64,000 bases of DNA from Octopus vulgaris (GCA_951406725.2 OX597841.1:25048001-25112000), one strand, 5' to 3'. Numbered from the stretch's first letter, positions 25,958-42,142 are shown. Notes: generated by a model from the sequence alone, not told the origin. Numbers and translations: made by a program.

Positions 25958-28900
25958 CAGTGCCCAAATAATTACTGGTATGATCTTGGTTCGGTGTAGG
26001 TATTTTCTTTTTCACTGATCTTTAGCTCTATTGGTACATATCACAGATTGGTACATATCACAGTGCCCCAATAATTACTGGTATAAACTTAGTCCAGTGT
26101 AGGAATTTTCTTTTTCACTGATCTTTAGCTCTATTGGTACATATCACAGATTGGTACATATCACAGTGCCCCAATAATTACTGGTATAAACTTAGTCCAG
26201 TGTAGGTATTTTCTTTTTCACTGATCTTTAGCTCTATTGGTACATATCACAGATTGGTACATATCACAGTGCCCCAATAATTACTGGTATAAACTTAGTC
26301 CAGTGTAGGTATTTTCTTTTTCACTGGTCTTTAGCTCTATTGGTACATATCACAGATTGGTACATATCACAGTGCCCCAATAATTACTGGTATAAACTTA
26401 GTCCAGTGTAGGTATTTTTTTTCTCTGATCTTTAGCTCTATTGGTACATATCACAGATTGGTACATATCACAGTGCCCCAATAATTACTAGTTTAAACTT
26501 AGTCCAGTGTAGGTATTTTCTTTTTCACTGATCTTTAGCTCTATTGGTACTTATCACAGATTGGTACATATCACAGTGCCCCAATAATTACTGGTATAAA
26601 CTTAGTCCAGTGTAGGTATTTTCTTTTTCACTGGTCTTTAGCTCTATTGGTACATATCACAGATTGGTACATATCACAGTGCCCCAATAATTACTGGTAT
26701 AAACTTAGTCCAGTGTAGGTATTTTCTTTTTCACTGATCTTTAGCTCTATTGGTACATATCACAGATTGGTACATATCACAGTGTCCCAATAATTACTAG
26801 TATAAACTTAGTCCAGTGTAGGTATTTTCTTTTTCACTGATCTTTAGCTCTATTGGTACATATCACAGTGCCCCAATAATTACTGGTATAAACTTAGTCC
26901 AGTGTAGGTATTTTCTTTTTCAATGATCTTTAGCTCTATTGGTACATATCACAGATTGGTACATATCACAGTGCCCCAATAATTACTGGTATAAACTTAG
27001 TCCAGTGTAGGTATTTTCTTTTTCACTGATCTTTAGCTCTATTGGTACATATCACAGATTGGTACATATCACAGTGCCCCAATAATTACTGGTATAAACT
27101 TAGTCCAGTGTAGGTATTTTCTTTTTCACTGATCTTTAGCTCTATTGGTACTTATCACAGATTGGTACATATCACAGTGCCCCAATAATTACTGGTATAA
27201 ACTTAGTCCAGTGTAGGTATTTTCTTTTTCACTGGTCTTTAGCTCTATTGGTACATATCACAGATTGGTACATATCACAGTGCCCCAATAATTACTGGTA
27301 TAAACTTAGTCCAGTGTAGGTATTTTCTTTTTCACTGATCTTTAGCTCTATTGGTACATATCACAGATTGGTACATATCACAGTGCCCCAATAATTACTA
27401 GTATAAACTTAGTCCAGTGTAGGTATTTTCTTTTTCACTGATCTTTAGCTCTATTGGTACATATCACAGATTGGTACATATCACAGTGCCCCAATAATTA
27501 CTAGTATAAACTTAGTCCAGTGTAGGTATTTTCTTTTTCATTGATCTTTAGCTCTATTGGTACATATCACAGATTGGTACATATCACAGTGCCCCAATAA
27601 TTACTAGTATAAACTTAGTCCAGTGTAGGTATTTTCTTTTTCACTGATCTTTAGCTCTATTGGTACATATCACAGTGCCCCAATAATTACTGGTATAAAC
27701 TTAGTCCAGTGTAGGTATTTTCTTTTTCACTGATCTTTAGCTCTATTGGTACATATCACAGATTGGTACATATCACAGTGCCCCAATAATTACTGGTATA
27801 AACTTAGTCCAGTGTAGGTATTTTCTTTTTCACTGATCTTTAGCTCTATTGGTACATATCACAGATTGGTACATATCACAGTGCCCCAATAATTACTGGT
27901 ATAAACTTAGTCCAGTGTAGGTATTTTCTTTTTCACTGATCTTTAGCTCTATTGGTACTTATCACAGATTGGTACATATCACAGTGCCCCAATAATTACT
28001 GGTATAAACTTAGTCCAGTGTAGGTATTTTCTTTTTCACTGGTCTTTAGCTCTATTGGTACATATCACAGATTGGTACATATCACAGTGCCCCAATAATT
28101 ACTGGTATAAACTTAGTCCAGTGTAGGTATTTTCTTTTTCACTGATCTTTAGCTCTATTGGTACATATCACAGATTGGTACATATCACAGTGCCCCAATA
28201 ATTACTGGTATAAACTTAGTCCAGTGTAGGTATTTTCTTTTTCACTGATCTTTAGCTCTATTGGTACATATCACAGATTGGTACATATCACAGTGCCCCA
28301 ATAATTACTGGCATAAACTTAGTCCAGTGTAGGTAATTTCTTTTTCACTGATCTTTAGCTCTATTGGTACATATCACAGATTGGTACATATCACAGTGCC
28401 CCAATAATTACTGGTATAAACTTAGTCCAGTGTAGGTATTTTCTTTTTCACTGATCTTTAGCTCTATTGGTACATATCACAGTGCCCCAATAATTACTGG
28501 TATAAACTTAGTCCAGTGTAGGTATTTTCTTTTTCACTGATCTTTAGCTCTATTGGTACATATCACAGATTGGTACATATCACAGTGCCCCAATAATTAC
28601 TGGTATAAACTTAGTCCAGTGTAGGTATTTTCTTTTTCACTGATCTTTAGCTCTATTGGTACATATCACAGATTGGTACATATCACAGTGCCCCAATAAT
28701 TACTGGTATAAACTTAGTCCAGTGTAGGTATTTTCTTTTTCACTGATCTTTAGCTCTCTATTGGTACTTATCACAGATTGGTACATATCACAGTGCCCCA
28801 ATAATTACTGGTATAAACTTAGTCCAGTGTAGGTATTTTCTTTTTCACTGGTCTTTAGCTCTATTGGTACTTATCACAGATTGGTACATATCACAGTGCC

Positions 28901-30325
28901 CCAATAATTACTGGTATAAACTTAGTCCAGTGTAAGTATTTTCTTTTTCACTGATCTTTAGCTCTATTGGTACTTATCACAGATTGGTACATATCACAGT
29001 GCCCCAATAATTACTGGTATAAACTTAGTCCAGTGTAGGTATTTTCTTTTTCAGTGGTCTTTAGCTCTATTGGTACATATCACAGATTGGTACATATCAC
29101 AGTGCCCCAATAATTACTGGTATAAACTTAGTCCAGTGTAGGTATTTTCTTTTTCACTGATCTTTAGCTCTATTGGTACATATCACAGATTGGTACATAT
29201 CACAGTGCCCCAATAATTACTAGTATAAACTTAGTCCAGTGTAGGTATTTTCTTTTTCACTGGTCTTTAGCTCTATTGGTACATATCACAGATTGGTACA
29301 TATCACAGTGCCCCAATAATTACTGGTATAAACTTAGTCCAGTGTAGGTATTTTCTTTTTCACTGGTCTTTAGCTCTATTGGTACATATCACAGATTGGT
29401 ACATATCACAGTGCCCCAATAATTACTGGTATAAACTTAGTCCAGTGTAGGTATTTTCTTTTTCACTGGTCTTTAGCTCTATTGGTACATATCACAGATT
29501 GGTACATATCACAGTGCCCCAATAATTACTGGTATAAACTTAGTCCAGTGTAGGTATTTTCTTTTTCACTGGTCTTTAGCTCTATTGGTACATATCACAG
29601 ATTGGTACATATCACAATGCCCCAATAATTACTGGTATAAACTTAGTCCAGTGTAGGTATTTTCTTTTTCACTGATCTATAGCTCTATTGGTACATATCA
29701 CAGATTGGTACATATCACAGTGCCCCAATAATTACTGGTATAAACTTAGTCCAGTGTAGGTATTTTCTTTTTCACTGGTCTTTAGCTCTATTGGTACATA
29801 TCACAGATTGGTACATATCACAGTGCCCCAATAATTACTGGTATAAACTTAGTCCAGTGTAGGTATTTTCTTTTTCACTGGTCTTTAGCTCTATTGGTAC
29901 ATATCACAGATTGGTACATATCACAGTGCCCCAATAATTACTGGTATAAACTTAGTCCAGTGTAGGTATTTTCTTTTTCACTGGTCTTTAGCTCTATTGG
30001 TACATATCACAGATTGGTACATATCACAGTGCCCCAATAATTACTGGTATAAACTTAGTCCAGTGTAGGTATTTTCTTTTTCACTGATCTTTAGCTCTAT
30101 TGGTACTTATCACAGATTGGTACATATCACAGTGCCCCAATAATTACTGGTATAAACTTAGTCCAGTGTAGGTATTTTCTTTTTCACTGATCTTTAGCTC
30201 TATTGGTACATATCACAGATTGGTACATATCACAGTGCCCCAATAATTACTGGTATAAACTGAGTTCAGTGTAGGTATTTTCTTTTTCACTGATCTATAG
30301 CTCTATTGGTACATATCACAGATTG
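25958..30325 (+). repeat. 103-bp satellite, ~43 copies, with internal 17-bp duplication
   Basis: Unit GTGCCCCAATAATTACTGGTATAAACTTAGTCCAGTGTAGGTATTTTCTTTTTCACTGATCTTTAGCTCT(ATTGGTACATATCACAG)x2; starts at 26063 and 26166 give the 103-bp period. Confidence 0.98.
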
Positions 30326-30407
30326 CAATCGCATACCCTTCAAAGTAAGAGTTAGTAATCCGTTTAATGGCCCATGATAGATTGCTTTGATTGTCAATGT
30401 TACTATA

Positions 30408-30569
30408 GGCGCAGGAGTAGCTGTGTGGTAAGTAGCTTGCTTACCAACCACATGGTTCCGGATTCAGTCCCACTGCGTGGCAACTTGGGAAAGTGTCTTC
30501 TACTATAGCCTCGGGCCGACCAAAGCCTTGTGAGTGGATTTGATAGACGGAAACTGAAAGAAGCCTGTC

Positions 30570-30619
<50 letters not shown>

Positions 30620-30779
30620 CCGCAGGAGTGGCTGTGTGGTAAGTAGCTTGTTTACCAGCCACACGGTTCCTGGTTCAGTCCCTCTGCGTAGCACCTTGGG
30701 AAAATGTCTTCTACTATAGCCTCGGGCCAACCAAAGCCTTGTGAGTGTATTTGTTATACGGAAACTGAAAGAAGCCTGT

Positions 30780-30841
<62 letters not shown>

Positions 30842-31160
30842 TATATATATATATGTATATATATGTATATATATGTGTGTGTGTGTTTGTGTGTCTTTGT
30901 TTGTCCCCCCAACATCGTTTCTCAACCGATGCTGGTATGTTTACGTCCCCGTTACTTAGCGGTTCGGCAAAAAAGAGACTGATAGAATAAGTACTAGGCT
31001 TACAAAGAATAAGTCCTGGGGTCGATTTTCTCGACTAAAATAAAAAATGAAAAGATTTTTGTTATTTTTGTAAAATCTCAGAAAATAATTAAAAATTCAT
31101 ATTTTTTATCACCATGGCCACAGCCAAATGACTGAAACAAGTAAAAGAGTAAAGAGTATA
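30408..31160 (+). mobile_element. Tandem family-A SINE copies
   Basis: Two heads (GCAGGAGT(A/G)GCTGTGTGGTAAG at ~30411 and ~30622) with (TA)n tracts, followed by the 3' body. Confidence 0.8.
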
Positions 31161-31422
31161 GTCAAGCCTGTAGCAGCGATGACCTCCAGCGTCCTTAGCT
31201 CCGAGCCATATCCCTGCTTGCTGCTCTTGGGGTGGAGATGGTTGTCTGTAAGTGAAAGCCTCGCGAATGAAAGTGGTTGTTTCAGTGCATCACCCTCTCC
31301 ATCCTCCCATCCTCCGAGGCAACACCTTTTCCATTTTGTCTGCTGGGCCAAGGGAGGTGGATTGCGACAACGTTTAACCACAGCTTTCATGAAAGAGCTT
31401 ATATTTCTACATCATGTAATAG

Positions 31423-31492
<70 letters not shown>

Positions 31493-31577
31493 ATAGTAAA
31501 TAGGATAATGAAATAAATTATTATTACCAGTGACCTAGCACAAAAGACGAATTAGTCATTAGACTATACGTTATTCA

Positions 31578-32056
<479 letters not shown>

Positions 32057-32124
32057 CTATCAATCTATATATATATATAACCAACAAAACCACGGAAACC
32101 CACGGGAAAATTATTTACCCTTTT

Positions 32125-32167
<43 letters not shown>

Positions 32168-32200
32168 TTCATATATATACACACACACATATATATATAT

Positions 32201-32297
<97 letters not shown>

Positions 32298-32518
32298 AAT
32301 ATATATATATATGTATATATATATGTATATATATATATATATATATACAAAATTAGAAAATGGAGAAACATACTTAAATCAATCAAAAAAACATCAGCCA
32401 TCAGATAATACCCAATCAATACTTTATTACACCAGTACATAACAGCAAAGACATTATACAAAATATATTGTAAATATAATTAGACAAGGAAATAGTAATA
32501 TAAAATACAATTATATCA

Positions 32519-32633
32519 TATCTGACTGCTGTTTCGGCCGTGAGGACAAGTATGCCTCATTTAACCTATAAGCCACATAAGGCAGGTATAAATGAGACAT
32601 TAACAAGGATGTCCCACGGCCTCTTCAGAGAAT
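32519..32633 (-). ncRNA. Type I hammerhead ribozyme-like motif with very long stem II
   Basis: Minus strand reads TCT-CTGAAGA-GGCCGTGGGACA...TGTCCTCACGGCC-GAAAC-AGCA-GTC-AGA; inner pairing ATGTCTCATTTA/TAAATGAGGCAT. Confidence 0.65.
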
Positions 32634-32964
32634 TTAATTTAATATAAGTGTGAAAAAAAATTTTTACATATAAATATAAAAATATAAAATATAAAAATGT
32701 GTGCATAGACACGCATAATACTACACATATATACATACACATTAATGCAATAATACAAAATAAACAAAATATATCAATATACATTCACAAACAGTTATTT
32801 TACATATTGGACTCCTAGTTCCATAACTAACCTCAAGGAAAATATATGCACACTCACATTTAAATTTAAATCAGACATATATACATAAAAAAAATAATAA
32901 AAAAACACACAGCTCAGTTCATAAAATTATAACCCTACAAAAAGTCAAAAAAATTACTATTAAT

Positions 32965-33032
<68 letters not shown>

Positions 33033-34371
33033 CAACCATGACTGTACCAAGTACATCAATCGGACATCTACATATCTATAAGTCTAATTCCTCTGTCCGC
33101 TTGATATTGATTATTCTAGATTGATTCGATTGGCTTATAGTTTTAAATTTGAATCACAAAGGAAATTTTACGGTTAGTTAGTCAAGAAACGCACATACGC
33201 ACACGCACATCCACAGATTCATCGCACATACATACATAATTATATGTATACACACACACATACACTCATACACATACATAGCCACAAACACAGCCGAAAA
33301 CATAAATAAATAAATAATATAAGAGGTATAATCGTATCTATATACATGGAAACCCAACTGAATGCATTTATATGCATGCAGCCATCAAGCCCCTCCAAAA
33401 CGACAACAATGCCGCTGTATTAACTAAGAAGATCCACTCACATATTTCCATAAAATATTTATTGCAAAGATACATATAATTATATCAAGACATAGAATGT
33501 AATTTTACATAAGGTACATAATTCATATGACACCGTATTTTGCGTAGCCATAGTATTACAGAACATAACGTTTACTGACTTAACCGCTATTTGTTATAGT
33601 CAATTATACGCTAAGTTATAAAGTATAGATTAAACATTTTCGTTTGACTATCAAAAGACATAGAAATATACATATACTAAGTTGACATCGGTTTATAGTA
33701 ATTAAATTATAAGAGATTAAATGTAAGAAGTCAAAATACGCAAATATTCTAGGATATGTAAAGGAACAAAACAAAACGAAATAATTCCTTATAGCATAAA
33801 TAGATATCATTTCTACGTAATAAATCCAATGCTATTATAATACTAATATTTATCCATCAAAAAACCTAACCTACGAACTAATAGAATTACACTCACATAT
33901 ACATGGCCATAAGTATACTCATGTGTAACAACAGACATACACATACACACCGTATATTTTCACATGTGACGTGCGTTTAAACATTCATAGTACTTGTATA
34001 TAAATATACTTTTAAGCATCAGTGGACACATAAATACAAATGTAATAATTAACAGAAATTGGCATTAAATAATATCAGTGGAGGACTTACCAATAAAATG
34101 GTATATAAGTAAATAACAAAAATTAAATTAATTATAAGTTAATAATTGTAATTACTTAAGATTAAGATGTGATAAAATAAATAAGAAAAAATAATTAAAA
34201 TTACAAAGATAGTATAAGTACAAACTAGTATACATGTATCCATATTTTATTGTAATAAATAATTGATATGTATGTATATATCTACATTTAAATAAATAAA
34301 TAAATAAGTAAATGACTAAATAAATAGATAGATACCATAGAAAACAAATTCAGATAAATACACAGGTACAC

Positions 34372-34412
<41 letters not shown>

Positions 34413-34427
34413 AAATATATGTATATA

Positions 34428-34552
<125 letters not shown>

Positions 34553-34770
34553 GGAGGCGCAATGGCCCAGTGGTTGGGTAGGGAACTCGCAGTCGTAGGA
34601 TCGGGGTTTCGATTCCCAGACCGGGGGTTGTGAGTGTTTATTGAGCGAAAACACCTAAAGCTCCACGAGGCTACGGCAGGAAGGGGGGTGCTTCCCTGCT
34701 GTGCTCTTTCGCCACAACTTTCTCTCACTCTTTCTTCTGTTAGCCTGCTCGCTGAGCCAGCGGGGTGGCG
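34553..34770 (+). mobile_element. tRNA-derived SINE, family B (also ~47680-47985 -, 48477-48860 +, 49885-50150 -, 51100-51390 -)
   Basis: GGAGGCGCAATGGCCCAGTGGTT box A, GTTTCGATTCCC box B, shared body TTTATTGAGCGAAAACACCTAAAGCTCCACG...CACAACTTTCTCTCACTC. Confidence 0.8.
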
Positions 34771-35161
34771 TGCATACATACATGTATACATACACACATG
34801 CATATATACATACATACATGCATACATACATACGTGCATACATACATGCATATATACATACATACACACATGCATACATACATACGTGCATACATACATG
34901 CATATATGCATACATACATACATACGTGCATACATACATACATACATACATACATACATACATACATACATACATACATACATACATACATACATACATA
35001 CATACATACATACATACATACATTTATCTGCCATGGCCAGAATCGTCAGCAGGAACCCTTTGTAATCCGAGCTATACATACCAAATTTATAAATTCATGA
35101 ATTTATCCCCTTTTTGTGTATCTAGCAGTCTTTATTTGGAAGCCTTTTAATGTATTTATAT

Positions 35162-35214
<53 letters not shown>

Positions 35215-35500
35215 CGTGCATACATACATGCATATGTACATATATACACACATACACACATACATACATACATGCATGCATACATACATACGTGCATAGA
35301 TACATACATACATACATACATACATACATACATACATACATACGTGCATACATACATACATACATACATACATACATACATACATACATACATACATACG
35401 TGCATACATACATACATACATACATACATACATACGTGCATACATACATACATACGTGCATACATACATACATACATACATACATGCATACGTGCATACA
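34771..35500. repeat. (TACA)n / (TA)n microsatellite field
   Basis: Long CATA/TACA runs; source of the spurious MYVC/HTYI ORFs. Confidence 0.95.
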
Positions 35501-36359
35501 CCTGGAGCTTGCAAAGTGTCCCCAAAGTGTTTGTAGCACCGCCATTCACACGAACCTTTGGGCTCCTTGACTAGACGCTTGATGAGATCCGAGCAATTGA
35601 TGTGAAATCCGGGAGGTACTAACCAGCACACGCAATTTCTACTGCAACATCGACATGGACCCCGGGACTTATTCTTTTGTAAGCCCAGGACTTATTCTAT
35701 CGGTCTCTTTGCCAAACCGCTAAGTAACGGGGACATAAACACAGCACCATCGGTTGTCAAGCAATGCTAGGGGGACAAACACAGACTCACACAGACACAT
35801 ATATATATACATATATACGACAGGCTTCATTCAGTTTCCGTCTACCAAATCCACTTACAAAGCTGTGGATAGAAAATACTATGATTAACGGAATTGTTAA
35901 TCCCGGTTTACCCCACTCAGACTTTTGTAAACCTATGGCTAATCCACTGGTAATCCGTAGTGACACATTGATGTCAAATTCTACCAAAATCAACATTCTC
36001 TTAGCAGACTTAGAGTAATGAGGAATGTATCCCCACTATGCCAACCACAAAACGGACAAGGCCACATCCCGCACTACATATTCCGAATGCAACGTTCCGG
36101 ATACACACAATACGATAGAGTCAGCGTATACAAAGGAGCGAAAACAAGATTCGAACGCAACCTATACCGCAACCTATAGGTTAGAGAGGGACACCAACAA
36201 AAGAAATAAAAACGATATTTCGTATGATAACAAGAAATTTCAAAGTGTAATGCTTGTTGACCCCACACCTAAAAACGAATTAAGTAAGGCATTCAAGAAA
36301 ATCCTGGCCTCAAAATTGTAGAAAAGACAGGTTGGACTATCAAATCTGTATTATGTAGA

Positions 36360-37215
36360 TCATATCCATTTGAAAGAATCACGTGTCAAAATAATTGTGC
36401 AGTATGTTCTACAAACCCACATGTGAACTGCAAAACCAAGAGTACTGTACACCAGATTAAGTGCCATAGTGTCAAATGGATGGACTGGAAAGATGTCACT
36501 GGATTTGATCTTTGGGTGGTAGAATCTAAGATCGCAGAGAACCATGTTATGGTCTGAAAGTGGTGGTGTTTTTTCCACTGCAATATTGATGATTTTGTCT
36601 GTGTGGTTACTGAACACCAGGTCCAAGATGTTTTTGTGAGACCTTGTTGGTACACAATCAAGTTGGGCCAGGAAAATTACGGGCATGAAATATAAAATCA
36701 ATTTGATTGCGTCCTTATCAGGGGTTGAGGTGGAAAAACCTGGTTTCAAGCTCTTTGTGGACCAGTCAACCCTGCGAAGGTTGAAGTCCCCCCTCATTAA
36801 TATGTTGCCAGCATGACACCGATGGACGAAACAAACACCTAATGCTGTTGAGACATTCCTTGAAGCGTAGAAAAGGAGTTAGGGGGGGCCTGTAGAGCCC
36901 AAACACTATTAAATTGTTGGTTTTACTAAACACAGAAGCTGCTTCCCTGTAGCCATTGCTTCAGCCGAAAAAGAATCGTACACGAAAATGGCGGTACCAC
37001 CCTTTCTTCTGCCGACATGATCTGCACGGATGGCAGTAAAATTCTTCACTCTCACTTCAGCTTCCAAGTGGAGGTTATTGAAATGGGTCTATGTGAGGAT
37101 AAAAGAAGGGATATTGTGTGGATGGTCATTAACCCAGTCCTCAATAAATTGGATCTTCAATTCATGGGCATTAGTGGAAGGGCTGATGCCTTGTGCATTG
37201 AACAAAAATGTTGAG
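36360..37215 (-). mobile_element. Degraded LINE apurinic-like endonuclease domain
   Basis: Motifs FNAQGI, ILT(E)THF, AIRADHV.RRKGGTAIFVYD, GDFNL, PTR..NILDLVFSN, SDHNMV. Confidence 0.8.
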
Positions 37216-38450
37216 GCGATAGTGGTGACTGATGTTGATTGTTTTGGCGATTTGCTTGTTAATGACACCAATGGGAGTTTGTGTATTTTCCCATTATATG
37301 TCAAGTTGGATGGGTAACATTGCAAGCAAGTAAACAAGACTGAAACTGACTTTTAATGTATTATAAGATGTTCAGATGTAGGTAACATTCAGATGTAGAT
37401 ATGAATAAAGTTTACTCTCAAATGTTAATAGGAACCGAATTAAACAAGTTTCGCGTAACTTGGAACAGTAGTTATTGAGATATTCAGGGTTTGGGGTTTA
37501 AATATCCAAAACGGTGCATAATGTGAAAATGCTCCGAATTTAACTTCATCCTGAAAGAAAAGAGACCCTAACCTTTCGATTAGACAGTGATTTGACGACG
37601 AAAAAAATACGATTTGTTTTATTTACAGTGAATATATATATACATACAATATTCAACAGAGTAACAGTCATATATACAACTTGAACAGACACACGTATCA
37701 GCACATAAACATATGTTTACATATACATAAACATATACATACATGCAGACACGTCTACACACATACGTAAATACTCACATACAAACATACATACATAGAG
37801 ATTTGGCTGCTATTTTTAGCACGTCCCGTTACTACGCAACATCAATTTGTGATACAAGACCGACATACCTGTTACGTGGTAGCACAGCATGCGAAAATAG
37901 ATGCCAAATCTTTCCTTTTCTGGGGGAAAGGAGTCGTTTGCGCGTGGTTTCAATGTCATTCGTTGAAAGCATGCGAAATAACTTGGAAAAGAAAAAAAAC
38001 TCACGAAACAAAACACCGTTGCTGTAACACTGAGATTCCCGGTGACCCACGGGTAGTCTAGTATTTATATAAGCACAACTCTGTAACGTGACACACATAA
38101 AGAAATAAATCATGTAACGATGGAAACGAATTCACGAAAAGAAAAATAAACACTGTTCAATATGTTTGTTTAAATACGGTTGTAGAAGTAAAAACAGTCC
38201 GAAAGGAAAGATTACCCAAGAAGGGAACATTAAATTTAATCATGACAAAACTTTGCCGAAAATTGTAAAGAATTTTAAAAGGTTTTCTTATTTTCGTGAG
38301 AATTTGCAGTTTTCAAGTTCTTTTATCTCTTCCCTACCTTTCCCGCCTCCTCTCAATCTCTCCCTCTCTTCCTCCCCCTCTCTCTCTCTCAATATATTTC
38401 ATCCCGCTCAATGAATACATCATGGACATTATATCACAATATCCTATGTT

Positions 38451-38772
38451 TTATGTCCACCGGTCCTTTCCAATACACTGACCCTTTCCTGCCCACCATT
38501 CCCATACGTTTTCATACCATGTCGGCTTGTAATAATCGACAGCGTGTAGCATCGCACAAACACGACACCAAAATTTGGTATCAATAAATTCTCCTGTTCC
38601 TTTCCATTTGAAATACTCATTATAAAGAGTATCATTTTTATCAAGTTTATGCAGATAATCTGCCAATTCTTTTGGGGATTTGAAATCCTCGTAGTGGATG
38701 TATGAATTCTCGGGTGCTACTTTACGATAGTCGTCGGGATGGGCACCCATTACAATTGGAATAACATTATAT
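38451..38772 (-). CDS. FucTA: Alpha-1,3-fucosyltransferase paralog B, C-terminal exon
   Basis: 322-nt exon, same length and acceptor (TATTGCAG|ATATAAT) as 22046-22367; YNVIPIVMGAHPDDYRKVAP...GKDRWT*. Confidence 0.92.
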
Positions 38773-38909
38773 CTGCAATAGACAAAAGAAAAAAATAAAC
38801 GAAAATACAGCTGCCATAAACAATATTGGAATGAGAAATAATGATTCATGCAAGCAAATTATAGATAAATCATATATAAAGATATCATATAATGTATCTA
38901 TCTATCTAC

Positions 38910-38940
<31 letters not shown>

Positions 38941-39328
38941 AATCTGAGAATGTCTGACTGACTGTGTGTCTGTGTGTGTGTGCATCACTAAAACTCGAGA
39001 ACTACCCAACCAAATACGCATGCCTTACTTTAGGTCCATGCAGTGTTATTGGCCAAATGAAGTTTCAGCTTCTTACCTTATGCGAGCCCGGAGCAAACTC
39101 TTAACTCTTACGCTGTTTCAGTATTACGTGTCAAAAGTGAAACAATAACATCTCTATTGTAATGTAAGATAATACTTTCAGTTTAATTCTTCCACTATTA
39201 ATACTTCCAGTAAGTATATAATACATACATAGTGAAAAATTAATACTGACACTATTATATCACATACATGCATACATACATGTATATGAATGCATGCATA
39301 TATGTGTATATACATCTGCACATATATA

Positions 39329-39438
<110 letters not shown>

Positions 39439-40233
39439 TATATTTGTAAGCCCAGTACTTATTCTATCGGTCCCTTAGCAGCCTGTTCGTCTCCACAATG
39501 AGACTGTCGCTACGCTTCTTCCTCGGATTATAACCTAGCAGTTTTCAGAAATTTCGCACGATTGTATCCAAAATATCCTCACACAGCTTGATTCGCACTT
39601 TACTATGAACTATATATGGACAAACACATATTCTGTGAGTACGATACCTCTCATCAGATCTCCAGGAATCAAACTTTCTTCAATACGGATAAATTCAAAC
39701 CCTCACTTTTGTCTTCACTTTCTGGAAAAATAAGATGTTTTGAAAAAACTTTTTAAAAACCTGATATATGACTGTGTAATACTAATTGAAATCTTAGAAA
39801 CCAACTTGTTATCTAAATTCTCATTTTATAGAACTTTCCATGATGTTTCACGAGTGTAACATTACCCGCTTAGATGTTTGGGAATCTCGGATGTTTTTTC
39901 GGCTGATTAGTACGAGTCAACTATATTTACTGCAATTTTTGTAGCCTTATTAAAGATGTCTTCGTACGAAAGAATTGTACCGATATACTGATCCATTCTT
40001 GTTGCTTTTTTCCAATTTGTAATCACCCCACTTTGTCGTATGGTTAACACCAAATAGATTTCTGGTGCATCCAAGTCAAGTACCATATTCATGTGAATTC
40101 AATAGAACTCACTTGAATCTTAATTGCTTAAACCGTATATATATATAAATAGATAGATAGATATAGATATAGATACATACATACATACATACATACATAC
40201 ATACATACATACATACATACATACATACATACA

Positions 40234-40267
<34 letters not shown>

Positions 40268-40725
40268 CATACATACATAAGTACATACATGTGTACGTAT
40301 TTGGGATGTATGCATTAAGTTAAGTGAAAGAGGGGTGAAAAGAAGTTATGATCCCTCGAATGAAGAGAGAAACAGGCCATTTATCGACGCGTAACAAAGG
40401 CAATAATGCTTAAATAGACTTGGGCATGGTGGAGTGTTTATGCTAAACATCTTTGATTAGAATAATAAAATAAGGGCACATATTTTATATTCAAAAGGTG
40501 GACCCAGAGGTCAGCTCCTCAAATGAAAGGAATGTGTAACCATTCGCATTGATCAGTCATAAAGATTTCTAGTGTATATCTGTACTCCCCACTCTCTCTC
40601 TCTCACCCTCTCTCCCTTTTCCTTCTCTATCTCTCCGCTCCCAATCTCTTTGTAAATATATATATAAATATATATATATATACATACATATATATATATA
40701 TGTGTGTGTGTGTGCCTGTGTGTGC

Positions 40726-40877
<152 letters not shown>

Positions 40878-41284
40878 ATGAGAGAGTTGGTGTGTGAAAG
40901 CACGTAGTCGGATGTTTATAAAATAAAAAAGAGTGAAAAATACTACAGAAGGCTTGTGCTATAAATTTCTTAAAGTACATCATGACATGTCTTCACTATG
41001 ACACAATGTAGGTAAAGAAATTTGGGAAATTTGAAAAGAAAATACGAAACCGGTTATTTCTCCAAAAACTGTTACTATACACACAATTTTATAACATTTT
41101 TCTAATATATTTTTTCACTCTTTTTTTCACATTTTACATGATCCCTATTGATCGTTTTTTTTTCTTTCCTTTTTACGATCCCTTTTGATCAAAAACCTAC
41201 CCCGCATGTTATTTTCGCCCCAAAAAGAAAAGCACTGCTATGTTATTTCTCCCGTCTGTGTTCAGCCTTGTGTGGCTAATAAAG

Positions 41285-41328
<44 letters not shown>

Positions 41329-41499
41329 TTATATGTATTCACACCCTTGTCTATGCAGTTACCAGCTATTTTCCCCTAGCTAATCTGCATCTCTCATACA
41401 TGAGTGTGTATTCATCCAGTACATTTCAATAAGTAGACATACTTGAACGTTTACCGGCTGATGTCAATCGATTGTTTATCCTCTTCGTTTTATTAATTG

Positions 41500-41566
<67 letters not shown>

Positions 41567-41667
41567 AAATATTGTAAAAATTACTTGGAGAAAAGAAACG
41601 AAACGAAACGGCGCGATGGCGCTCAGTCATACAATAATTTCATTCATAAAATATATGCGCTATATAT

Positions 41668-41699
<32 letters not shown>

Positions 41700-41806
41700 A
41701 TTTGAGTCTCATACAATAATTTATATATAGTTATAAAATATATGAATACATACATATGTATATATATATATAGTACCTACATCTATATAGTTATATATAT
41801 ATACAC

Positions 41807-41853
<47 letters not shown>

Positions 41854-41883
41854 ACATAAAATATATTTATATATAACTCAACG

Positions 41884-41923
<40 letters not shown>

Positions 41924-42020
41924 TTATATTTATATATATATATATGTATAGATATTCATATGTATATATATTTATATGTATTTATGTATACGTATATATA
42001 TATATATATATGAATATATA

Positions 42021-42068
<48 letters not shown>

Positions 42069-42076
42069 ATATATAT

Positions 42077-42142
<66 letters not shown>

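Noticed and set aside
38773-38849. N-terminal extension MNHYFSFQY... of ORFs 38451-38849 and 56309-56707
   Set aside because: It is the intronic polypyrimidine tract upstream of the acceptor.
38935-39212. Possible Helitron-like fragment in the paralog B intron (also ~56815-57090)
   Set aside because: The 5' end looks similar to the element at 25447, but no clear 3' hairpin or CTAG terminus was found.
39640-39665. CTGATGAG on the minus strand as another hammerhead
   Set aside because: No matching stem II and GAAA-stem III-NUH could be found.
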